A program made the translations under genes and the position numbers. Source: Candidatus Poseidoniaceae archaeon (lineage in GTDB: Archaea; Thermoplasmatota; Poseidoniia; Poseidoniales; Poseidoniaceae). Taken from it: a stretch of 64,000 nucleotides of DNA. Below the pieces are notes generated by a model, which was not told the origin of the DNA, made no database searches, and saw nothing but the letters and a program-made list of their open reading frames with translations. This document shows positions 9,227-16,921 of this stretch, in pieces. Positions within the stretch are counted from its first letter, which is position 1. Every line of letters starts with the position of its first letter. The stretch is from the NCBI GenBank assembly GCA_028822845.1, contig JAPKCS010000001.1:68416-132415 (forward strand), in the 5' to 3' direction.

Positions 9227-10870
9227 ATGAGCACTTCCGCTTCCTCCCGTCCACGGGCCCTCCTGAGTGTATTTGACAAGACAGGCATCGTTGAATTTGC
9301 AACAGCACTTTCCAACCTTGGATTTGAATTGGCTTCAACCGGCGGCACTGCCCGCACCCTACGGGCTGCAGGCTTGGACGTCATCGGCGTGTCCGACATC
9401 ACCGGCCATCCCGAAATTTTCGACGGCCGGGTCAAAACCCTCCACCCCGCAATCCACGGCCCTCTCCTTGCGAGGCTCGAAACAGAGGCAGATCGCAAGG
9501 GACTCGCCGATCTTGGATATGCCCCGATTCAAATTGTCGCATGCAATCTCTATCCGTTTTCAGATGCGGCCCGCCAAGAACCACCACTGGACGACCTTGC
9601 ATTGCTGGAAATGGTCGATATCGGCGGTCCAACAATGGTTCGAGCATCAGCAAAGAACCACAGAAACGTCATCATTGCTTCCAACCCAGCCCGCTATCCT
9701 TCGATCGTCGAAGCCCTCAATGCAGCGGGTGGCGCCGAAGGTGTTGGTTTGGACCTCCGTCGCGCATTAGCATTGGAAGCATATGAGCACACTGCAGCTT
9801 ACGATACCGCCATCAGCGACGAACTCCACGCCCGCTGGGTTGGCCGTCCTGAACACAGCGATGACACCGCTGAGCAAACCGCTCGTCTGCCAAACACACT
9901 GCTTGCATCTGCCTCAAAATCACATACACTGCGCTATGGCGAGAACAGCCACCAGGCCGCAGCGCTCTACATTGATCCAAAAGCGACAGGGCTCAACACG
10001 ACCCTTGTTACGGCAAAGGTCGAGGGTGAGAAACCAATGTCCTACAACAATTATTCTGACGCAGATGCAACGCTAAGGTTGTGCCGTGCCCTGTCAACCG
10101 ATGAGTGGCCAGAAACCCCGCATGTCTGCATCATCGTCAAGCACAACAACCCCTGTGGTGCTGCTTTGGGTGCAACTCAATTGGAAGCGTATGAAGCAGC
10201 ATTGGCCAGCGATCCAGAATCCGCTTTCGGGTCCATCATCTGTTTCAACGAGCCACTCGAACCAGCAACGGCTCATGCCATGGAACCACTTTTCATTGAA
10301 GTTTTGATGGCGCCAGCATACGACGATGAAGCGAAATCCATCGTCATGGCAAAGAAAAATAGACGCATCCTCACCATCGATTCACCAAAGAACCGTCTTT
10401 CCCCACTCGAACGAATTTTAGTTCGAAAGCCAATTGAAGGCGGCTGGCTTGTTCAGACCGAAGAAGCCCCTGTCATCGACTGGAGCAAAGCGAAGGTAGC
10501 AACAGAACTTGCACCTACAGAAGCCCAAATTGCAAGCATGAAGTTTGCCGTTCGGGTGTGCGAGCAAGTAAAGTCGAATGCGATTGTCATGGTTCAAGGC
10601 GTTGCAACTGTTGGTATCGGGCCGGGTCAAACAAGCCGGGTCGAAGCTGTAAAAATCGCAGCTCGACGAGCAGGCGAACGCGCCCAAGGATGTGTTCTCG
10701 CTTCGGATGCCTTCTTCCCATTCAAAGACGGACTTGAACAAGCTGCAGAATCAGGCGCAGCTTCAATCGTCCAACCCGGGGGCTCAATTCGAGACCAGGA
10801 AGTCATCGATGCTGCGAATGAGCGAGGTATTTCGATGCTGTTCACCGGCCACCGACTGTTCCGGCACTGA
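9227..10870 (+). CDS. purH: Bifunctional AICAR formyltransferase / IMP cyclohydrolase PurH
   Basis: MGS-like N-terminus ALLSVFDKTGIVEFA..LASTGGTA. The 547-aa length is typical. The C-terminal AICARFT region carries conserved blocks. Confidence 0.85.
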   Translation: MSTSASSRPRALLSVFDKTGIVEFATALSNLGFELASTGGTARTLRAAGLDVIGVSDITGHPEIFDGRVKTLHPAIHGPLLARLETEADRKGLADLGYAPIQIVACNLYPFSDAARQEPPLDDLALLEMVDIGGPTMVRASAKNHRNVIIASNPARYPSIVEALNAAGGAEGVGLDLRRALALEAYEHTAAYDTAISDELHARWVGRPEHSDDTAEQTARLPNTLLASASKSHTLRYGENSHQAAALYIDPKATGLNTTLVTAKVEGEKPMSYNNYSDADATLRLCRALSTDEWPETPHVCIIVKHNNPCGAALGATQLEAYEAALASDPESAFGSIICFNEPLEPATAHAMEPLFIEVLMAPAYDDEAKSIVMAKKNRRILTIDSPKNRLSPLERILVRKPIEGGWLVQTEEAPVIDWSKAKVATELAPTEAQIASMKFAVRVCEQVKSNAIVMVQGVATVGIGPGQTSRVEAVKIAARRAGERAQGCVLASDAFFPFKDGLEQAAESGAASIVQPGGSIRDQEVIDAANERGISMLFTGHRLFRH

Positions 10871-11082
10871 ATTACCACGCAAGGATTGATACCTTGAGGT
10901 TGTGACCGAAGGGCATGGGCCATCTTGCAGATATCGACAAGTCGTACCTAAGTCATCTCATCGGAGCATGGAAAATGGCATTCTGGTTCGCCCTTGGCTC
11001 AATCCGACTCATCGTCCACGGTATTCTACCAAATTTCGACGAAAACGCAGGTCAAGATACGGTCGATCATTATTCTCCGCCA

Positions 11083-11092
11083 GCAAAAAATT
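11083..11092 (-). terminator. Oligo-T tract (T6 on the minus strand) 10-17 nt downstream of the DUF454 gene stop; candidate archaeal terminator
   Basis: Plus-strand cagcaaaaaatta immediately 3' of the minus-strand stop at 11100. Confidence 0.3.
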
Positions 11093-11099
11093 AGGCCAT

Positions 11100-11624
11100 T
11101 CAATCAACAGTGGGCACTTTCCATCCGACCCACCAAACACCAATAATCGCAACAATTGCGATGAGCGTTTGGCCAAAACCAGGGTCGCCAGCTTTGGTAA
11201 TGCCCCAGATTGAGACGCCCGACACAACACAAATGATTGCGCTGATCAGGATTTTCGAGTGCAAGGGCAACGCTCTTCCCGACCGGTAATATTCGAGAAG
11301 TGCTGGGCCAAAGATACGGTTGGTGAGCAACCAACGAAACAACTTCTGGCTCGACCTAGCAAAGCAGTATGCAGCGAGGACAAGCCACGACGTTGTCGGC
11401 CATCCAGGTACGACAATGCCAATGACGGCGAAAACGACGGCGATTGAGCCGACAACAACCCAAAGCCCACGGATGAAGGCGTTCTTGGAAGGTTTGTGCT
11501 CAGAGAGAACACGTTGGATGACCACCTCATCATCGCTGGAGTGGTCGAGTGAAATCGACTCTGGGTTGAGTTCAGAGCCTTCTTTCGTGGCCGCAGCGGC
11601 ATCTTTACTCATTGACCTCGACAT
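11100..11624 (-). CDS. DUF454 (YbaN-like) family small inner-membrane protein
   Basis: VGSIAVVFAVIGIVVPGWPTTSWLVLAAYCFARSSQKLFRWLLTNRIFGPALLEY matches the DUF454 consensus (LPTTPFLLLAA.CFARSS...FGP). Confidence 0.55.
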   Translation of the reverse strand: MSRSMSKDAAAATKEGSELNPESISLDHSSDDEVVIQRVLSEHKPSKNAFIRGLWVVVGSIAVVFAVIGIVVPGWPTTSWLVLAAYCFARSSQKLFRWLLTNRIFGPALLEYYRSGRALPLHSKILISAIICVVSGVSIWGITKAGDPGFGQTLIAIVAIIGVWWVGWKVPTVD

Positions 11625-11694
11625 GCGCTAAAGCGTGAGGATGAAAAACTAATGGGCGCGACTCCGAAGCGCTCAAGGACATGTTGCAGCACCC

Positions 11695-12345
11695 TTGTCC
11701 ATGGCGCACCCCCATGTTCCCCTTCGTACCGGGAGCGCGTCATCACCGATCCGTTGTGCGATTCTAATTTCTGGTTCAGGCTCGGGAATGGAAGCCATGA
11801 TCCGTTACCAACAAACCAATGTTGACTGCGGGCATCAAACTGTTTTGGTTCTTTCAGATCGCCCAGACGTGAAGGGATTGGACCGCGCCGGCCGCCTTGG
11901 CGTGGACTCGGTGTGTGTGCCATTGCCAAGCATAACAGATCATGCCGAGCGCCGGCTACAACACGAACAAGCCATCCAAAAACACCTCGAAATGGCGGAA
12001 GTCGAATTGGTTCTCTTGAGTGGGTACATGCGCCTCGTCTCCCCATTTTTGATCCATAATTGGCCAAACTGTCTTCTCAACATCCACCCCTCATTGTTAC
12101 CGGCGTTTCCCGGTGCACACGCCCACAGAGATGTCCTTGCTGCTGGAGTCAACGTCTCAGGCTGCACGGTTCATTATGTGGATGAAGGCATGGATACGGG
12201 AGCCATCCTTGCTCAGCGAAGGGTCCCAGTGTTTCCTGGTGATGATGTTGCTTTGTTGGCCGAGCGAGTCAAAGTAGAGGAGCACACCCTCTATCCAATG
12301 GTCATCGACCGCTTGGTTGGTTCTTCTTTGGAAAAGGCTGATTGA
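11695..12345 (+). CDS. purN: Phosphoribosylglycinamide formyltransferase PurN
   Basis: CAILISGSGSGMEAM (ISGxGSNL motif), NIHPSLLPAFPG (NIHPSLLP), HYVDEGMDTGAILAQ (DxGxI). There is a 19-aa N-terminal extension relative to typical PurN, so the true start is uncertain. Confidence 0.8.
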   Translation: MSMAHPHVPLRTGSASSPIRCAILISGSGSGMEAMIRYQQTNVDCGHQTVLVLSDRPDVKGLDRAGRLGVDSVCVPLPSITDHAERRLQHEQAIQKHLEMAEVELVLLSGYMRLVSPFLIHNWPNCLLNIHPSLLPAFPGAHAHRDVLAAGVNVSGCTVHYVDEGMDTGAILAQRRVPVFPGDDVALLAERVKVEEHTLYPMVIDRLVGSSLEKAD

Positions 12346-12817
12346 AATTCTGCATTTGCCTTTCGAGTGAACCGAGGTTCACATCCGGCAGTGTAGAAAA
12401 CATTTCTTGGATTGATTTGGCATCCATCTTTGGCGTCCAACCATCGGGGCAATTGCTCAGCAACGGTTGACGGTTTCCTTGGCCATCGAATGGGACGCCA
12501 CCCTTTGAATCAATGAGGGCCAACAACCCCTCTTTTTCAAGCATAAAAGCATCACAGGGAATGAATTGAACCGTACCAACAACCTGATCGAGGGACCAAT
12601 ACAACACATCCATCAGTGACGTAGAGGAGGGCGGATCCGGCCAAACTTCGCCGGAAAACATATGCTTCCGTCGTTCAGAACCGCATAAGGTGACGACCCT
12701 TTCTATGCCAATCGACTTGGCAAGGCCTACGATTCGTTCAACGCCCCCGGCCATCAACGCCTTATCCTCACCCATCCGGGTGCTCTTTCCACCAGCAAGG
12801 ATGAACGCAGTCACCAT
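12302..12817 (-). CDS. MobA/MocA-like nucleotidyltransferase (molybdenum-cofactor guanylyl/cytidylyltransferase family)
   Basis: N-terminal AFILAGGKSTRMGEDKAL (consensus ILAGGxSxRMGxDK) and FIPCDAFML (like MobA FCPCDTPY). Its 3' end overlaps the purN 3' end by 44 nt on the opposite strand. Confidence 0.55.
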   Translation of the reverse strand: MVTAFILAGGKSTRMGEDKALMAGGVERIVGLAKSIGIERVVTLCGSERRKHMFSGEVWPDPPSSTSLMDVLYWSLDQVVGTVQFIPCDAFMLEKEGLLALIDSKGGVPFDGQGNRQPLLSNCPDGWTPKMDAKSIQEMFSTLPDVNLGSLERQMQNFNQPFPKKNQPSGR

Positions 12818-12829
12818 GATGAGACCACC

Positions 12830-13069
12830 TCAGGCCATTTCGTCAAGTCCATCTAGTGCCCGTTCAAGTTCTGCCAAGAGGCTACGAACCCGTTCCAACA
12901 AAGCACGTCGTTCACGACTCGATCTTGCTTCAGGTAACCATTCCAACAAGCGACGAACATCTTGAGCGTCTCGTTCGACGGTCCATTGGTAGACCGCTTC
13001 AAGGACGGGGTCATCAGATGGGAGGAAGCGTTCGCTCATCGACTGGGGCTCAGTGCGGCGGGGCTTCAA
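12830..13069 (-). CDS. 79-aa helical acidic/Arg-rich protein, unknown function
   Basis: Sits between two genes of the same operon with a 4-nt start/stop overlap to the upstream gene. Reads RRLLEWLPEARSSRERRALLERVRSLLAELERALDGL. Confidence 0.4.
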   Translation of the reverse strand: MKPRRTEPQSMSERFLPSDDPVLEAVYQWTVERDAQDVRRLLEWLPEARSSRERRALLERVRSLLAELERALDGLDEMA

Positions 13070-13692
13070 TGCTCCTGCGAAAGCAACCGAGTACGAATGC
13101 GCTCAAACAGGTCACCGCCTCGGGGCGCAGTCGCAACCAAGCCCCTTGCTTCACCCATGCTGTCTTTTCTCAGGGACAGAAACAGAACGGCCACCTGATG
13201 CCATAATTCACTTTGACCCGCCATGGCACTCAACCATTGGTCGTTAGGAATGTTGTGGCCCCCGCGAATCATTTCTTCCGCAATCTCGAGCAAAGCCCCT
13301 AGAGGTTCTTGTTCCTTGAAGAGGTGAATCAACACCAACCATGGATCTTCACCAAGTTCAGTTTCTGACATGTTGGCGAGAAGCAGGCCAACGAGCGCAA
13401 GGTCTTCTTGGCCGTGACGTTTCCAAAGCGCAGGAATAAGTCGAGCGACTCGTCGATGATCTTCACCACCCGAGGTTAACAACCAGGAAGCAATTGTTCT
13501 CACCTCTGGATTCGGGCAACCGATGTGGAATGAATATCCGCCGCTGTGGGCGAGCAAGTCTGTTGCCGGTTTCGCCATCAAACCCGGGACCCCGGTGTGG
13601 TAGGCCTTCAGAATGAATTTCATGGTTTTACGACGAGACCGAAGCAGCTTTGGCTGAGGCTCAGCCAACAAACGGTCCAACTGCCCATTCAT
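13066..13692 (-). CDS. All-alpha HEAT-like repeat protein. Assignment to the DNA-alkylation-repair (AlkD-like) family is possible but unverified.
   Basis: 208 aa, helical repeats rich in W/L (DPWLVLIHLF..WLSAMAGQSELWHQVAVLF). 4-nt overlaps with both neighbours. Confidence 0.3.
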   Translation of the reverse strand: MNGQLDRLLAEPQPKLLRSRRKTMKFILKAYHTGVPGLMAKPATDLLAHSGGYSFHIGCPNPEVRTIASWLLTSGGEDHRRVARLIPALWKRHGQEDLALVGLLLANMSETELGEDPWLVLIHLFKEQEPLGALLEIAEEMIRGGHNIPNDQWLSAMAGQSELWHQVAVLFLSLRKDSMGEARGLVATAPRGGDLFERIRTRLLSQEH

Positions 13693-14177
13693 TCAGGGCC
13701 ACCGTCGGAGGTCTTTTTTCGAACACTGTCAAAAATGTCTCCAACCAATCCAACGGAATCTCGCAGGGTCAACAGCATCTTGTCGATGACGTTTGGATCT
13801 TCGAATTTTTCCTTGACAATTTCTCGGAGCTCAGTTTCAATCATCAGGTGCTCATCCTCGTCGATGTCAAAGACAGAGCGAAGGTGGGCGAGGACTCTAA
13901 ATTCGTCACGGGAAAGTGAGGCGTTTACGATTGCCACTTCGAACACCTTGGTGTAAATCCCACGCGCTTGTGTCGGGGTGATTGGCGTGCCGGAGTCTGT
14001 CTCAGTCTTGCTTCGAATGGCCTCATAGATCACAGCTGGCTCTTCTGCCGTTAGGCTAAGGGCGCTTGCGAGTTTAATGATCAAGCGTTTCTCTTCGCGG
14101 GTCAAGACACCGTCGACAAGCATCACCTCAATGGTGCTGCGGAAGACGTCTAAACTGCGAGAAGAGGAGTTCGTCAC
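13689..14177 (-). CDS. TerB-like (tellurite-resistance TerB / DjlA-N fold) protein
   Basis: VMLVDGVLTREEKRLIIKLASALSLTAEE matches the TerB DG..eE...l pattern. GTG start. First gene of a 4-gene overlapping operon. Confidence 0.4.
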   Translation of the reverse strand: MTNSSSRSLDVFRSTIEVMLVDGVLTREEKRLIIKLASALSLTAEEPAVIYEAIRSKTETDSGTPITPTQARGIYTKVFEVAIVNASLSRDEFRVLAHLRSVFDIDEDEHLMIETELREIVKEKFEDPNVIDKMLLTLRDSVGLVGDIFDSVRKKTSDGGPE

Positions 14178-14408
14178 AAGCCGACCAAGGAGTTCCTGTT
14201 CTTGAATTCGTTGTATATGTGGGAACTGGTAAAAATCTGACTTTTCCTTGGCGAGGGTTGAAAAGGGGTAGGCTGCTCCGTTAGAACATCACCTCCCTTT
14301 CACGCAGCATCGGATTTATCTGAAGCAGCAGCCAAAGAACCGTTGAGCCATCGTGGCTCTACGCCCTAAGGAACGGGGCGGCTGATAGAAAAAAAAAGAG
14401 GCATTCAT

Positions 14409-15653
14409 ATGAATAAAAGAAGCAACTCTGGTGGCCGCAGCAGCGGCAACAAACCAAGCAAGGCGATGAAGTACCAAATTCGCGCTGATATTAAGGTAAA
14501 CGGAACGGTCCAACGCAAGGACATCATCGGGGCCATTATGGGTCAAACCGAGGGTCTCCTTGGCGATGAACTCGAACTCCGAAAATTGCAACGCACAGCA
14601 CGTGTAGGTCACGTTGACGTGGAAATGGATACCAAGGGCGGAAAAGTCCACGGTATGATCATCATCCCGAGCAGCCTGGACAACGTCGAAACAGCGATCA
14701 TCGCATCGGCGCTTGAAACCATTGACCGAATTGGCCCATGCAGCGCTAAGATAAACGTCATCGAAATTCTTGATATCCGTGCATCAAAGCGTACAGCAGT
14801 CGTCGACCGAGCAAAGGAACTCCTGCTCAGCCTCGTCAACTCTGGCGAAGCAGCATCAAAGACCGTTATCGAAGAAGTCCGCTCCGTTCTTACAACGGGC
14901 ACGGCAACCAGCTTCCACGGCCTAACCTGTGGACCAAACATCGAGCAGTCGTCTTCCCTGATCATCGTGGAAGGACGAAACGATGTTCGAAATTTGCTGA
15001 ACTGTGGCCTTAAGAACGCAATCAGTGCCGATGGCGCTGGTACAATGAAGCAAGAACTGATCGACTTAGCCAACAGCAAAGAAACCGTCATCCTCGCAAT
15101 CGACGGCGACCGCGGTGGCGAAATGTTGTTCAGCCAACTGATGGAAATCATGAAAGTTGACTTTGTGGCACAAGCCCCAGTCGGCCAAGAATGGGAACTC
15201 CTTCCACAAAAGACAGTTACCATGTGCCTTCAGAAGAAGGTCGAAGCAAGCAAATTCGCTCACAACCTCAAGAAGAAGCAAGAGGAAGATGACGAGAAGG
15301 CAGGCGTTCCAGACAAAAACTGGGCAGAAGACATGGATGAAGAATTCGTTGTTGCGGAAGCACCAGCAGAAGTTCATGAAATGTTTGATCACCTCGACTC
15401 CCTTGACAAGAACAAGGCCGTTTTCGTAATGGTTGACGGTACTGTTTCTGACCCAGTCGGACCTTCCACTCTTTCGAAGGCAGCAGGTGCAGCAGATGGC
15501 GCAGTTGCTATCGTGTTCAATGGACCAGTCAGCGAACGAACCCTCGAGATTGCATCCGAGTCCGCTATTCAAACCGTCATTGGTACGAAGGCAGGCAAGG
15601 GCTTTGCAGAACGAGAAGACGTTTCCGCGTGGCTCTCTGAAGTACACCGCTGA
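14409..15653 (+). CDS. dnaG: Archaeal DnaG-like primase (Toprim; exosome-associated DnaG)
   Basis: MKYQIRADIKVNGTVQRKDIIGAIMGQTEGLLGDELELRKLQ matches the archaeal DnaG N-terminus (MKYIIKA..DVIGAIFGQTEGLL). Toprim IIVEGRNDV and DGDRGGE present. SD gagg sits 8 nt before the ATG at 14409. An alternative start is the M at 14466. Confidence 0.8.
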   Translation: MNKRSNSGGRSSGNKPSKAMKYQIRADIKVNGTVQRKDIIGAIMGQTEGLLGDELELRKLQRTARVGHVDVEMDTKGGKVHGMIIIPSSLDNVETAIIASALETIDRIGPCSAKINVIEILDIRASKRTAVVDRAKELLLSLVNSGEAASKTVIEEVRSVLTTGTATSFHGLTCGPNIEQSSSLIIVEGRNDVRNLLNCGLKNAISADGAGTMKQELIDLANSKETVILAIDGDRGGEMLFSQLMEIMKVDFVAQAPVGQEWELLPQKTVTMCLQKKVEASKFAHNLKKKQEEDDEKAGVPDKNWAEDMDEEFVVAEAPAEVHEMFDHLDSLDKNKAVFVMVDGTVSDPVGPSTLSKAAGAADGAVAIVFNGPVSERTLEIASESAIQTVIGTKAGKGFAEREDVSAWLSEVHR

Positions 15654-15703
15654 ATCGACCCCGACAGCCATCTTCATCTAAGGCGCCGCCTGTAGTCCAC
15701 CTT

Positions 15704-16921
15704 ATGGGCGACGGTGAAGAGCAAGAATGGTTCGACGACGACACGGATCCCTTTGGCGAACCTAAAGCCAAACCGGACGAGAAACCCATCGATGTTTCCG
15801 CTGATGATGAAGCGCCTTCAAGCGCTTCGGAACCATCTTCGGAGGGACAAGAAATTTCCTTTGAAGAAGAGGCGCTGGAAGAAGATCTTCCCGTGGCATG
15901 GGAGCTCCCAGTCAGGGCTGCACCAGTGCTGGCCCAAAACGGCGAGGACGTGGTCGAGTACCCCCTCACTCAGACCGCGAATGGGCACCTGACCACCTCG
16001 ATGATTGTCGATGAAGACCTTTTGCGGGTTGTCGACACGGAACTCGGAGCAGACGGGCATCGACGGATGAAGGTCCGAATGACCGTGAAACGAGACATCA
16101 CCGGTTTCAACCATCAACACAATGAACTGATGCATCAGCATCAAATGCTCTGGATTGGGTGCTTTCTTCTCGGATTGTTCATGGCCATGGCCAACTCAAT
16201 CGCGTTTGGTGTGCTCGGAGCCCTGTTGATGATCATCGGCGTACGCAGTTGGATTTTGATGCATCTGGAAACGCACATACTCGAATTTTCAAACCAAGGC
16301 GGTTCTCACAGTTTCGTTCTCAGAGCCTACGGGACCAACCGTGGATTCTTTCGAGCAAGCATGGCCCTCATCGGACCCATCATGGCTGAGTTCATTCGAA
16401 CGGGATCGATGAACGTTGACGAAGTCACCAACTTACACGCAGCAGTTCTCGCGCCCCCACCCGCTCCAACACCTCCACCGCAGATGATTGAGGTGGCATT
16501 GCCAGTTCCATCAGAGCCCCTTGCACAAGTTCCAGTCCCGGCCCCCCCAAGTGTTCCTGCACTGATCCAACAAAGCGGACCCCCTGCAACGACGCCTAGC
16601 ACACCTATGCCGGTGCCTCCAGCCCCACCCCGTGCCATTCCCCCACCACCCCAAGCGATTCCACCAGCACCTCAGGCCATACCTCCACCACCACCCCAAC
16701 CCATCGCACTTCCACCAGCTCCACTTCCGCCACCAATGCCGCTTCCATTGACGCTCGGCGCGGGTGTTGGACAATTGCCACCGCCAATGCCGCTCCCCGG
16801 GGGCCCTACGCCCCTTGATGCACCACTTCCCAATGCCCCACTGGTCGCAGTAGAAGCTTCGCCGGTGGAAGAAACACTGAGCGCAGATGAGCAAAACGAT
16901 TTGCTGAACGAATTGTCCTAA
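15704..16921 (+). CDS. Membrane protein with acidic N-terminal region, 2 TM helices and a long Pro-rich C-terminal tail
   Basis: TM segments WIGCFLLGLFMAMANSIAFGVLGALLMIIGV. Tail PPPAPTPPPQ...AIPPPPQAIPPAPQAIPPPPPQPIALPPAPLPPPMPLPL. The stop overlaps the stop of the convergent 917-aa gene. Confidence 0.5.
   Translation: MGDGEEQEWFDDDTDPFGEPKAKPDEKPIDVSADDEAPSSASEPSSEGQEISFEEEALEEDLPVAWELPVRAAPVLAQNGEDVVEYPLTQTANGHLTTSMIVDEDLLRVVDTELGADGHRRMKVRMTVKRDITGFNHQHNELMHQHQMLWIGCFLLGLFMAMANSIAFGVLGALLMIIGVRSWILMHLETHILEFSNQGGSHSFVLRAYGTNRGFFRASMALIGPIMAEFIRTGSMNVDEVTNLHAAVLAPPPAPTPPPQMIEVALPVPSEPLAQVPVPAPPSVPALIQQSGPPATTPSTPMPVPPAPPRAIPPPPQAIPPAPQAIPPPPPQPIALPPAPLPPPMPLPLTLGAGVGQLPPPMPLPGGPTPLDAPLPNAPLVAVEASPVEETLSADEQNDLLNELS

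Noticed and set aside
10902-11213. 103-aa plus-strand ORF between purH and DUF454
   Set aside because: It overlaps the 3' end of the well-supported minus-strand DUF454 gene. Its translation is Arg/Ser-rich low complexity with no start context.
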